From a virus: a stretch of DNA of 31,702 nt. How positions within the stretch are numbered: the stretch's first letter is position 1; each line of letters begins with the position of its first letter. The stretch lies in UHGV virus genome UHGV-0114730. The stretch is one strand, 5' to 3'. The notes under the pieces are model-generated. The model was not told the origin of the DNA. It ran no database searches and saw nothing but the letters and a program-made list of their open reading frames with translations. A program made the position numbers and the translations under genes. Positions 1 to 8,781 of the stretch are shown here, one piece after another.

Positions 1-49
1 TACAATGCGGGTTTGAGCGGCATAAATTACCACTGAAAGCCCTTAAACG

Positions 50-1063
50 TTACTCTACTGTGGACACTGTGTGGACACTCTCGGCTTCAGTACCACCTCT
101 TAGCGGATTAAGAGAAATGGCGTCCTGAAGGTACTCTGGCGCAAAATGAGCGTAAACCATAGTTTGCTCAATCCGCGTGTGACCTAGTATCCGTTGTAGC
201 GTGATAATACTTCCTCCATTAATCATGAAATGAGTGGCAAAGCTGTGCCTTAGTGCATGTGTGGCTTGCCCCGTTGGCAAATCCGGTTTTATTGCTTTCA
301 TTGTTCGTCTGAAGCGAGGGTAATCAGCATCAGGGAATAAAAAACCTCGTTTGTTATCCGCGATCATTTTGGCAACAGCCTCTGAGATCGGGACGGTGCG
401 TGGTTTGTTTGTTTTCGTTTTAACAAACGTGACGCGGTTATGGATGATATTTTCTGCTTTCAAACGAGCTGCTTCTCCCCAACGTGCTCCTGTACTCAGG
501 CAAAGAATCGCAATCTTTTTGTTGTCGCCGTCAAGTGCTGCAAGCAGTAAGGCAATTTCTTCCTGTGTGAGATAGCCTGTTTCTGGTTTTTCCTCCTTAA
601 GCCTCTTTGTCCCTCTGATAGGGTGCTCACCAAAGAATAACTCCGCTTCAATCAGGGCTGTAAACATGCCGCTAATACATGTTAAATCACGATTGATACT
701 CGAAGGTTTAATACCCTGACTTCTTCGGGTGGCGCAGTACTGGCTGATAAGGGATTTCGTGATTTGAAATGCGCATGGGTCATTCGTTATTTTTGTGAAG
801 ATTTCAATTTTTCCAAGATTAGATTTCCCATGCTCTTCGTGTTTACCCTTTAAATCCCACCAGATCTGTGTCAGTTCCGACAGACGTCGTTTGTCTGTTG
901 GTTTTGATAGCCATTCTTTATTGTGGTGGTTGTACAACGTGTATTTTTCGAAAGCGACAGCTTCGCTTTTCTTATCAAACTTCCTACGGATGCGTTTTCC
1001 GTTACGTCCAGTAGGGCGGATGTCCACTTCATATCGACCATCATCGAGTTTTTTGATTGCCAT
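50..1063 (-). CDS. int: P2-type tyrosine integrase
   Basis: 337-aa ORF at prophage left end, leftward, followed by C; C-terminal R..HxxR..Y catalytic-region pattern (ALRHSFATH...LGH...Y) typical of tyrosine recombinases; size and position match P2 Int. Confidence 0.93.
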   Translation of the reverse strand: MAIKKLDDGRYEVDIRPTGRNGKRIRRKFDKKSEAVAFEKYTLYNHHNKEWLSKPTDKRRLSELTQIWWDLKGKHEEHGKSNLGKIEIFTKITNDPCAFQITKSLISQYCATRRSQGIKPSSINRDLTCISGMFTALIEAELFFGEHPIRGTKRLKEEKPETGYLTQEEIALLLAALDGDNKKIAILCLSTGARWGEAARLKAENIIHNRVTFVKTKTNKPRTVPISEAVAKMIADNKRGFLFPDADYPRFRRTMKAIKPDLPTGQATHALRHSFATHFMINGGSIITLQRILGHTRIEQTMVYAHFAPEYLQDAISLNPLRGGTEAESVHTVSTVE

Positions 1064-1178
1064 CAGAAAACCCTCCGAGTGGTACTTTTTTTTGCTACTA
1101 CTAATCGCTTTTTTCGTGGTGGCTGAAATTTAGCCACCAATAGTAGGCACTTGTGATGAATATATTCACGATAAATTG

Positions 1179-1478
1179 TTAACCAGTCTTTTGACCGGAG
1201 TGGGGCGACGTTGTTTCGTTTTGCCCAAAGTGTGCGAGAGCGGGCGCAATTTGCCCGGCTTCTGGAGCTACCTGATCAGTCATGAACCACAAAGTATATT
1301 TAGTAAATCTGGGATGTTGTAAGACCTTCATTATGGCTTCAACTCCAGCGTTTTTTGACCGGCTCTCATAGCTCGAAAGTGAGCTGTAGGCTACACCAGT
1401 TAATTCACTGAATTCTTTACGGTTTAACCTTTCAGATTCACGGATTAGCTTCAACTTCTCCGAAACGTCTATTGACAT
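1179..1478 (-). CDS. C: immunity repressor C
   Basis: Track ORF is 123 aa; start moved to internal ATG at 1476-1478 giving 99 aa (P2 C size); HTH-like N-terminus, divergent from cox. Confidence 0.85.
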   Translation of the reverse strand: MSIDVSEKLKLIRESERLNRKEFSELTGVAYSSLSSYESRSKNAGVEAIMKVLQHPRFTKYTLWFMTDQVAPEAGQIAPALAHFGQNETTSPHSGQKTG

Positions 1479-1555
1479 AATTACTCCGATTGCGTAATTT
1501 CTTGCTGATAGTGTGAAATGTTGTGCTTCTGGAGTTATCCTTTTAGGCAATAATT

Positions 1556-1575
1556 AGCCATTAGGAGCCATTAGA
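1556..1575. promoter_or_regulatory. candidate C operator: two direct AGCCATTAG repeats spaced 11 bp, in Pe/Pc switch region
   Basis: AGCCATTAG at 1556-1564 and 1567-1575, between divergent C and cox starts. Confidence 0.4.
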
Positions 1576-1599
1576 AGCACTAAGGGAGAATCGTAGCAG

Positions 1600-1875
1600 A
1601 TGAATAGACAGCTTGTAAGCGTGACTGATGCTGTGCCTTATCAGGAGTTTGCAAAACTCATTGGTAAAACTCCAAGAGCTGTAAGGGGCATGATTGAGAA
1701 AGGGAAATTACCAGTTATTGAGATTACTGACCCTCAGTCAGTATCGGGGCGTGCTGGTGAATATTGGGTATACCTTCCGGCATGGAATAACGGACTAAAA
1801 CTGGCTTATGAAAGCCGTCCTAAAGAGATTCGTGACGGCTGGTTGATGTGGTTAGGTCTCGGTGAACCACGTTAA
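1600..1875 (+). CDS. cox: Cox excisionase / repressor of Pc
   Basis: 91-aa ORF, first gene of early rightward operon, divergent from C; sequence recalled as near-identical to P2 Cox. Confidence 0.9.
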   Translation: MNRQLVSVTDAVPYQEFAKLIGKTPRAVRGMIEKGKLPVIEITDPQSVSGRAGEYWVYLPAWNNGLKLAYESRPKEIRDGWLMWLGLGEPR

Positions 1876-1885
1876 GGAGAACCGT

Positions 1886-2056
1886 ATGAATGAGCCTCGT
1901 TGTATTGCTCAGTTATTGCGTAACGAAAGCCCCAGGGCGATTGACTTCACCATCACCCACGGTAAGGGGCGTAAGGGAATCATTATCCGCACCAAAAAAC
2001 AGAGTCCGTTAAAAAAGGCTCTGACCTTTCTGAAAAGCCGGAGGGTCTGGAAATGA
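1886..2056 (+). CDS. small hypothetical protein (P2 orf78 position)
   Basis: Track ORF begins at GTG 1862; ATG 1886 preceded by AAGGAG (1874-1879) is the likelier start; position between cox and B. Confidence 0.5.
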   Translation: MNEPRCIAQLLRNESPRAIDFTITHGKGRKGIIIRTKKQSPLKKALTFLKSRRVWK

Positions 2057-2553
2057 CAGTGATGACGCTCAATCTCGTTGAAAAACAGCCAGCAGCTATG
2101 CGCCGGATAATTGGTAAGCATCTTGCCGTTCCTCGCTGGCAGGATACATGTGATTATTATAATCAGATGATGGAGCGCGAACGGTTAACGGTTTGCTTCC
2201 ATGCGCAGTTAAAACAGCGTCACGCAACGATGCGTTTTGAAGAAATGAACGACGTCGAACGTGAACGGCTGGTTTGTGCAATTGATGAATTGCGTGGGGC
2301 ATTCTCAAAACGCCGTCAGGTTGGCGCAAGTGAGTATGCATATATTAGTTTTTTAACAGTCAGTCAGCGTCGTACTTTATTTATGCATGCCGGATTGACT
2401 GAAAAAGAATTCAACCAGCCATACTGGCGAATTAATGAAGAATCATGTTACTGGCGTGATGCTTTATTCCGTGCATTACGTGAATTATTCAGCCTGTTTG
2501 AGTATGCACCGACAATTCTGACGTCGGTAAAACCAGAGCAATATCTGCATTAA
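2053..2553 (+). CDS. B: replication protein B (helicase-loader-like)
   Basis: 166 aa, same size and position as P2 B; start overlaps upstream stop. Confidence 0.88.
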   Translation: MTVMTLNLVEKQPAAMRRIIGKHLAVPRWQDTCDYYNQMMERERLTVCFHAQLKQRHATMRFEEMNDVERERLVCAIDELRGAFSKRRQVGASEYAYISFLTVSQRRTLFMHAGLTEKEFNQPYWRINEESCYWRDALFRALRELFSLFEYAPTILTSVKPEQYLH

Positions 2554-2616
2554 ATAATTAACCAGAGTTTTTAACGCACTTAATCGTGCGGGGCTTCTTT
2601 TTGCCTGGAGAAAGTC

Positions 2617-2841
2617 ATGCATACAGTTTCTGAAAATCAGTGCGGTAAATACGCATTACTGCTGCAACAGGCCAGAACCGAAGCACAGGCTGACGCTGCG
2701 ACGCGCTTTTCTTCTCATCTTGACACCATGATTCGCCACATCACAAAGGCGGAGTTATCCCGCGTGGAGATAGTCGAGCTGCTCAGTCAGGAGTCGGAAA
2801 AATTTCACAATATCGGATTGTCTCGCGGGGAGGTGCTTTGA
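2617..2841 (+). CDS. hypothetical early protein (P2 orf80 position)
   Basis: 74-aa ORF in early operon between B and A. Confidence 0.6.
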   Translation: MHTVSENQCGKYALLLQQARTEAQADAATRFSSHLDTMIRHITKAELSRVEIVELLSQESEKFHNIGLSRGEVL

Positions 2842-3143
2842 TGTCCTGTTCTCGTTCAGTTGTATTACTGAATAACGCCTTAAAAATCGCCGTTATGAAA
2901 AATGGCGATTTGTCTCTTATTCAACTTTGTCTTGATAAAGAAAAACGCGACATCACTGAATCTGTTATCGCGATTTATCAGAATGAATTAAACCTCCTGT
3001 CTGATGTGGTCAATTTACTTGTTAAACGCGCTGTATTTCACAAGCAAATCTCCTCCGTGGATGAACTGACGAAATTAACGACAGAAATTGCCAGCTATTG
3101 CGCTGATGAATTTAAAAAACTTAACGACAAAAGGAGCTGGTAA
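2838..3143 (+). CDS. hypothetical early protein (P2 orf81 position)
   Basis: 101-aa ORF, start overlaps stop of previous gene. Confidence 0.6.
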   Translation: MMSCSRSVVLLNNALKIAVMKNGDLSLIQLCLDKEKRDITESVIAIYQNELNLLSDVVNLLVKRAVFHKQISSVDELTKLTTEIASYCADEFKKLNDKRSW

Positions 3144-3367
3144 TGCCGGACAACGTAGATTTTATTCAGGAACAACAGGCTGAATTACTGGAGCGTCAGA
3201 TTAACGCGGCAAGGGTAAAACATTGCGGTGCTTCTGCGCTGGTTTGCGAAGAGTGTGACGCGCCAATACCTGCTGCCCGTCGTGCGGCTTATCCGTCAGC
3301 CACGCGTTGTGTTTCCTGCCAGTCAGTCTTTGAAGCAAAAAACAAACATTACCGGAGAACGGCATGA
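3143..3367 (+). CDS. TraR/DksA-type C4 zinc-finger protein (P2 orf82 position)
   Basis: 74 aa with CxxC...17 aa...CxxC (CEECDAPIPAARRAAYPSATRCVSCQ). Confidence 0.7.
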   Translation: MPDNVDFIQEQQAELLERQINAARVKHCGASALVCEECDAPIPAARRAAYPSATRCVSCQSVFEAKNKHYRRTA

Positions 3368-3639
3368 GTATTCGTATTGAAATTGGCGAACGTTATGTCG
3401 TTACCAGTGACAGCTTTCAGTTTATTCTCCACGAGAAAAAGAGAGCGGAAAGCGGTAAAAACGCCGGTCAGGAATGGCTGGCGGTGGTTGGTTATTATCC
3501 GAAATTAAGCCAGCTCGTTTCCGGCCTGATGCATCACGATATTCTGACCGGAAGCGCAAAGTCTTTTGCTGATTTAAACGCGCAGGTTGAGCAACTCAGC
3601 AGGCGTTGTTCAGAGGCTTTTGGCTCATATGGCCGTTAA
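3364..3639 (+). CDS. hypothetical early protein (P2 orf83 position)
   Basis: 91-aa ORF; stop overlaps start of A. Confidence 0.6.
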   Translation: MSIRIEIGERYVVTSDSFQFILHEKKRAESGKNAGQEWLAVVGYYPKLSQLVSGLMHHDILTGSAKSFADLNAQVEQLSRRCSEAFGSYGR

Positions 3640-5917
3640 AGCCTCCGGGCGTTTTGTCCCTCCGTCAGCATTTGCCGCAGGCACCGGTAAGGCGTTTACC
3701 GGTGCTTATGCATGGAACGCGCCACGCGAGGCTGTCGGGCGCGAAAGCCCCCTTACACGTGACGAGATGCGTCAGGTGCAAGGGGTTTTATCCACGATTA
3801 ACCGCCTGCCTTACTTTTTGCGCTCGCTGTTTACTTCACGCTATGACTACATCCGGCGCAATAAAAGCCCGGTGCACGGGTTTTATTTCCTCAGATCCAC
3901 TTTTCAGCGTCGTTTATGGCCGCGCATTGAGCGTGTGAATCAGCGCCATGAAATGAACACCGACGCGTCGTTGCTGTTTCTGGCAGAGCGCGACCAGTAT
4001 GCGCGCCTGCCGGGGATGAATGACAAGGAGCTGAAAAAGTTTGCTGCCCGTATCTCATCGCAGCTTTTCATGATGTATGAGGAACTCTGCGATGCCTGGG
4101 TTGATGCACATGGCGAAAAAGAATCGCTGTTTACGGATGAGGCGCAGGCTCACCTCTATGGTCATGTTGCTGGCGCTGCACGTGCTTTCAATATTTCCCC
4201 GCTTTACTGGAAAAAATACCGTAAAGGGCAGATGACCACGAGGCAGGCATATTCTGCCATTGCCCGCCTGTTTAACGATGAGTGGTGGACTCATCAGCTT
4301 AAAGGCCAGCGTATGCGCTGGCATGAGGCGTTACTGATTGCTGTCGGGGAGGTCAATAAAGACCGTTCTCCTTATGCCAGTAAACATGCCATTCGTGATG
4401 TGCGTGCGCGCCGCCAGGCAAATCTGGAATTTCTTAAATCGTGTGACCTTGAAAACAAGGAAACCGGCGAGCGCATCGACCTTATCAGTAAGGTGATGGG
4501 CAGTATTTCTAATCCTGAAATTCGCCGGATGGAGCTGATGAACACCATTGCCGGTATTGAGCGTTACGCCGCCGCAGAGGGTGATGTGGGGATGTTTATC
4601 ACGCTGACCGCGCCGTCAAAGTATCACCCGACACGTCAGGTCAGAAAAGGCGCAAGTAAAACCGTTCAGCTTAATCACGGCTGGAACGATGAGGCATTTA
4701 ATCCAAAGGATGCGCAGCGTTATCTCTGCCGCATCTGGAGCCTGATGCGCACGGCATTCAAGGATAATGATTTACAGGTCTACGGTTTGCGTGTCGTCGA
4801 GCCACACCACGACGGAACGCCGCACTGGCATATGATGCTTTTTTGTAATCCACGCCAGCGTAACCAGATTATCGAAATCATGCGTCGCTACGCGCTCAAA
4901 GAGGATGGAGACGAAAGAGGAGCTGCGCGAAACCGTTTTCAGGCAAAACACCTTAACCGGGGCGGTGCTGCGGGATATATCGCGAAATACATTTCAAAAA
5001 ACATCGACGGCTATGCACTGGATGGTCAGCTCGATAACGACACCGGCAGGCCGCTGAAAGACACTGCAGCGGCTGTTACCGCATGGGCGTCAACGTGGCG
5101 CATCCCGCAATTTAAAACGGTTGGCCTGCCGACAATGGGGGCTTACCGTGAACTACGCAAATTGCCGCGCGGCGTCAGCATTGCTGATGAGTTTGACGAG
5201 CGCGTCGAGGCTGCACGCGCCGCTGCAGACAGTGGTGATTTTGCGTTGTATATCAGCGCGCAGGGCGGGGCAAATGTCCCGCGCGATTGTCAGACTGTCA
5301 GGGTCGCCCGTAGCCCGTCGGATGACGTTAACGAGTACGAGGAAGAAGTCGAGAGAGTGGTCGGCATTTACGCGCCGCATCTCGGCGCGCGTCATATTCA
5401 TATCACCAGAACGACGGACTGGCGCATTGTGCCGAAAGTTCCGGTCGTTGAGCCTTTGACTTTAAAAAGCGGCATCGCCGCGCCTCGGAGTCCTGTCAAT
5501 AACTGTGGAAAGCTCACCGGTGGTGATACTTCCTTACCGGCTCCCACAGCTTCTGAGCACGCCGCAGCAGTGCTTAATCTGCTTGATGATGGTGTTATCG
5601 AATGGAGTGACCCGGAGGTCGTGAGGGCGCTCAGAGGTGCATTAAAACACGGACTGAGAAGACCAAACCGTCAGCAAAGAAACGGAAGCCCGTTAAAACC
5701 GCATGAAATAGCGCCATCAGCCAGGCTGACCCGGTCGGAACGAATGCAAATTACCCGTATCCGTGTTGACCTTGCTCAGAACGGTATCAGGCCGCAGCGA
5801 TGGGAGCTAGAAGTGTTGGCACGAGGCGCTACTATTAGTTATGAGGGACAAAAGTTTGCATTCTCGGGTAGTCATGAATGGAGTGGTTTTGCTGAACACT
5901 TTGATCTTTTTGAGTAG
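3629..5917 (+). CDS. A: replication initiation endonuclease A (rolling-circle initiator)
   Basis: Track ORF 776 aa; start moved to ATG 3629 giving 762 aa (P2 A is about 761); HxH-containing region (PHWHMMLF) typical of rolling-circle Rep proteins. Confidence 0.9.
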   Translation: MAVKASGRFVPPSAFAAGTGKAFTGAYAWNAPREAVGRESPLTRDEMRQVQGVLSTINRLPYFLRSLFTSRYDYIRRNKSPVHGFYFLRSTFQRRLWPRIERVNQRHEMNTDASLLFLAERDQYARLPGMNDKELKKFAARISSQLFMMYEELCDAWVDAHGEKESLFTDEAQAHLYGHVAGAARAFNISPLYWKKYRKGQMTTRQAYSAIARLFNDEWWTHQLKGQRMRWHEALLIAVGEVNKDRSPYASKHAIRDVRARRQANLEFLKSCDLENKETGERIDLISKVMGSISNPEIRRMELMNTIAGIERYAAAEGDVGMFITLTAPSKYHPTRQVRKGASKTVQLNHGWNDEAFNPKDAQRYLCRIWSLMRTAFKDNDLQVYGLRVVEPHHDGTPHWHMMLFCNPRQRNQIIEIMRRYALKEDGDERGAARNRFQAKHLNRGGAAGYIAKYISKNIDGYALDGQLDNDTGRPLKDTAAAVTAWASTWRIPQFKTVGLPTMGAYRELRKLPRGVSIADEFDERVEAARAAADSGDFALYISAQGGANVPRDCQTVRVARSPSDDVNEYEEEVERVVGIYAPHLGARHIHITRTTDWRIVPKVPVVEPLTLKSGIAAPRSPVNNCGKLTGGDTSLPAPTASEHAAAVLNLLDDGVIEWSDPEVVRALRGALKHGLRRPNRQQRNGSPLKPHEIAPSARLTRSERMQITRIRVDLAQNGIRPQRWELEVLARGATISYEGQKFAFSGSHEWSGFAEHFDLFE

Positions 5918-6038
5918 TTACCATAAAATGCTCAGGCTACCGCTTGGGATATCCCATGAAATGCTCAGTGTATACGCTTTATGCATAGGGTATAAAGGCT
6001 GCAATTGGCAACAATTGCGCTGACATGGAGATAAACTC

Positions 6039-6134
6039 ATGTTGAAACCAGTGAGAGTACGTCAGTACAATCGCTATCGTTTCGGACGTTGGGAGACGGT
6101 GCGTAAACACCGCCGTTCTTACCCAACGCGATGA
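6039..6134 (+). CDS. possible small basic ORF (31 aa, MLKPVRVRQYNRYRFGRWETVRKHRRSYPTR)
   Basis: Below track threshold; read directly from sequence in the A-to-cargo spacer; no RBS verified. Confidence 0.2.
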   Translation: MLKPVRVRQYNRYRFGRWETVRKHRRSYPTR

Positions 6135-6147
6135 AATGATATGCGAC

Positions 6148-8355
6148 CTAAGCGGTAGTATCTTCTATATTATTTTTCTCTTCATACATTTTAATAAAAT
6201 GTGAAACATCTCCCATAAGTTTAAATATTTCTTTAAATTGTTTGATGTAGATGTCAGGCGTTATTTCGCCCATGTCTGTTATATTTATCGAATCTGAGTG
6301 TGATCCTCTATTTATATATCGATAAAAAGCTTTGAAGTTACTGTTGCTCTCATTTTGTGCAAGCTTGTTCAATTCAAGTTGTAATTCGTTAGTTTTATGA
6401 ACAAATGCAAAGTAATATTCTAAGATATTCCTCATAGTATTAGGAATGACTACATTGTGAATTTTTCCATCTCTGGCATCCTTGAGTATTTGCCATAGAG
6501 ATTGATATTCATTTTGTAAACTATCTCTGCTGATGTTAGAAAAAGAGCTATATAGGTTTTTTGTTATTCTAAAAAGCTGATAGGTATTATTGAATTTTCT
6601 CTCTGAAATTGGTGCTAATTTTATTAGCTCATGAAAAAAATATAGATTATGAGTGAGGATTATCACTTTATCAGCAGAAGTGATAATGTCATAGTGAATC
6701 ATCGATGCTATATCATAGATATAGTTCTGTGATAGACTTGAAATGGGGTCATCAATAACGATTAAACTGTCTCGGTTGTCGAATTCATCTGTATTTGTTT
6801 GCCCCTTGCAATACTCAATAAAATAGAGGAATGTAATGAGGGTTTTTTCACCTTCGCTAAGAGATCTATATACGTTTTTACTTAGTGTATTATCTGAGCG
6901 AACTATAACGAAACTATTTTTTATGGTTGGGTGTTTATCAATATAGAAACAGGTAATGCCAAGGTTTTTTAATTTTGAGTTTATTGAGGAGATTGTTGTG
7001 TCGATATTGGATGTTTTATTTCTTAATTGTTTTATTTCATCATCAGTGTGGTTTATTTCGTTGTTGATAGAATCAATACATTCTTCGAGATTCTTGATAG
7101 TGATGTTGTTTTCAGCTTGAACTTTTTCTAAAACTTCCAGTTCTGTGTTGCAGTAGTTTCTCAATGCCCCCCAAAACTGATTTTGTATTTTACTTTGAGT
7201 AAGGTTAAATTGTTTTACCTTTTCATTAAGTGTATTAATTCTAACGTTATATTGTTTTATGTCTTTTAGAAGAGATTCTTCGATATCATTATCTTTATCA
7301 AGAGTTACACTGAGTGATGGATTTTGTATCTTGTTATTAATTAACTCAATGTTACTTTTTAGCATTTTCTCAAGGGAGGAAATGTGAGCGAGACTAGTTT
7401 TTCTTTCTTCAATTGTGATTGCCGTACAGTCGGTTAACTGTGTTTTTAGTAATTGAAGTTGTTCCTGAGTAGTGGATTCATAAATATGTTTTAGTTTTTC
7501 AATTGATGTTATTCTCTGAGCGTAGCTCTTATCAAAAATTTGCTCGAGTGCCTCTTTGAATTTATCATCAATGGTTTCTTTTTGACAAAAAGGGCAAGTG
7601 TCGTCAACTAAATAATCTTCCTTACCTTTTTTAACCCAATCTAGATTCTGAAGCTTTTTGATTGTTTCTGACAAATAGCTATTACTAGAATCAATGACAG
7701 GGGTCTTTAATAATTGTTCTTCATCAAAAGAAATAATATATGGATTATATGGGGATATTGTTTGTATGGTAGTGTTTTTATGATTCAACAATTCTCTGTA
7801 GTCAGTTAATAATTGATTTAAATCTATATCAGATAATCTAATAGAAGACTTCACCTTTGTGAAAAGGTTTCTTTTATTCTTGAGATACCCTGTCATTAAT
7901 GAGTTGATATCAGAGTTTCTTATGTGTTCGGTATTTAACCAGATTGATTCAGTGCAACTTGTTTCTGCTTCATTATTGCGGTCTTTAAATTTTCTACAAT
8001 TTGCTTTTGTTGCCTCTAGTTTTATTTTTAATTCTTTAACTATTTCTCTTTTCTTACTTATCTCTTTTTCGATTTCGGTGTTTTCTTTGCTTAATGTAAA
8101 AATGCCTTTTTGAACATCTTTATCAAAGAAGTTGTCTTCAATGAACTTTGTATTATAAACCAATGGACGATAGTTATTAATGTTTGTGCAGCGGCAGTCC
8201 CTATAGTCATCGTCTGCTGGATTATAGAAAAAATTTGATATGGTAGATTTCCCAGCTCCGTTTTGCCCGTAAAGGATATTTATTCTTTTTTCGAGGGATA
8301 TTTTCGTATATTTATTTTTGTCGTAGCTTGTTACATTTTTTAGACTAAGTTCCAT
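6148..8355 (-). CDS. cargo 1: ABC-type ATPase with zinc-hook-like coiled-coil insert and C-terminal RloC/PrrC-like putative anticodon-nuclease domain
   Basis: 735 aa; Walker A GQNGAGKST (aa 30-38, nt 8242-8268); CPFC (aa 254-257, nt 7585-7596) in long K/E/N-rich region; LSEGEK (aa 499-504); Walker B LIVIDDPISSLS (aa 531-542); R642-x3-E646 and H686; strongly AT-rich; sits where P2 has tin/old. Confidence 0.55.
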   Translation of the reverse strand: MELSLKNVTSYDKNKYTKISLEKRINILYGQNGAGKSTISNFFYNPADDDYRDCRCTNINNYRPLVYNTKFIEDNFFDKDVQKGIFTLSKENTEIEKEISKKREIVKELKIKLEATKANCRKFKDRNNEAETSCTESIWLNTEHIRNSDINSLMTGYLKNKRNLFTKVKSSIRLSDIDLNQLLTDYRELLNHKNTTIQTISPYNPYIISFDEEQLLKTPVIDSSNSYLSETIKKLQNLDWVKKGKEDYLVDDTCPFCQKETIDDKFKEALEQIFDKSYAQRITSIEKLKHIYESTTQEQLQLLKTQLTDCTAITIEERKTSLAHISSLEKMLKSNIELINNKIQNPSLSVTLDKDNDIEESLLKDIKQYNVRINTLNEKVKQFNLTQSKIQNQFWGALRNYCNTELEVLEKVQAENNITIKNLEECIDSINNEINHTDDEIKQLRNKTSNIDTTISSINSKLKNLGITCFYIDKHPTIKNSFVIVRSDNTLSKNVYRSLSEGEKTLITFLYFIEYCKGQTNTDEFDNRDSLIVIDDPISSLSQNYIYDIASMIHYDIITSADKVIILTHNLYFFHELIKLAPISERKFNNTYQLFRITKNLYSSFSNISRDSLQNEYQSLWQILKDARDGKIHNVVIPNTMRNILEYYFAFVHKTNELQLELNKLAQNESNSNFKAFYRYINRGSHSDSINITDMGEITPDIYIKQFKEIFKLMGDVSHFIKMYEEKNNIEDTTA

Positions 8356-8593
8356 TTTTATTTTTCTCTATTGTTTGTGTATATATGAAAACTGGTCAAA
8401 AATTGCTCTGGAAAAGACATGGCAATTACAAAAGATCTACCTTAGATGAGTAACATTTTCAAGCCACAGCTAAGCTTTCAGTTGCATGATTTTGCATTTG
8501 ATTTTGTGGTCTAAAACCTAAGATGAACACTTTGTTGGGTAAGGTGTGTGTATACGAATGCAACTGCATTAAAACCGCCCCATGAAGCGGGCG

Positions 8594-8612
8594 GGCGAGG
8601 CGGGGAAAGCAC
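8594..8612. other. cos site, 19-nt cohesive-end sequence GGCGAGGCGGGGAAAGCAC
   Basis: Exact 19-mer read in sequence, matching the P2 cohesive end as recalled; located upstream of Q as expected. Confidence 0.8.
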
Positions 8613-8752
8613 TGCGCGCTGGCGGTGGTGCTGATTTTATTTTTTCAGCGTCTGAGCGCGCCGTGATGACGTTTAGATTGTTAGCCGGGGCGTTGGTGTG
8701 TCTGCGGGGTGTTTTGTGCGGTGGTGAGCGTGTGAGGGCGTGATGACGGGGT

Positions 8753-8777
8753 GTAAAAAAGCCGCCCGCAGGCGGCG
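8753..8777 (-). terminator. intrinsic terminator downstream of Q
   Basis: On minus strand GCCGCC-TGCG-GGCGGC hairpin followed by TTTTTT, just 3' of Q stop. Confidence 0.6.
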
Positions 8778-8781
8778 ATGT

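Noticed and set aside
351-1133. Plus-strand ORFs 351..575, 795..1133 and 923..1126 opposite int
   Set aside because: Antisense to the well-supported integrase gene; no independent support.
3606-3938. 110-aa ORF in an alternative frame inside the start of gene A
   Set aside because: Fully contained in A; no RBS noticed; compositionally Arg/Cys-rich as typical of out-of-frame translation.
6148-8355. Cargo 1 as a homologue of the P2 Old nuclease
   Set aside because: It shares an ABC-ATPase head with Old, but no Toprim-type acidic motifs were seen at the C-terminus; the CxxC hook and R/E/H pattern fit RloC/PrrC better.
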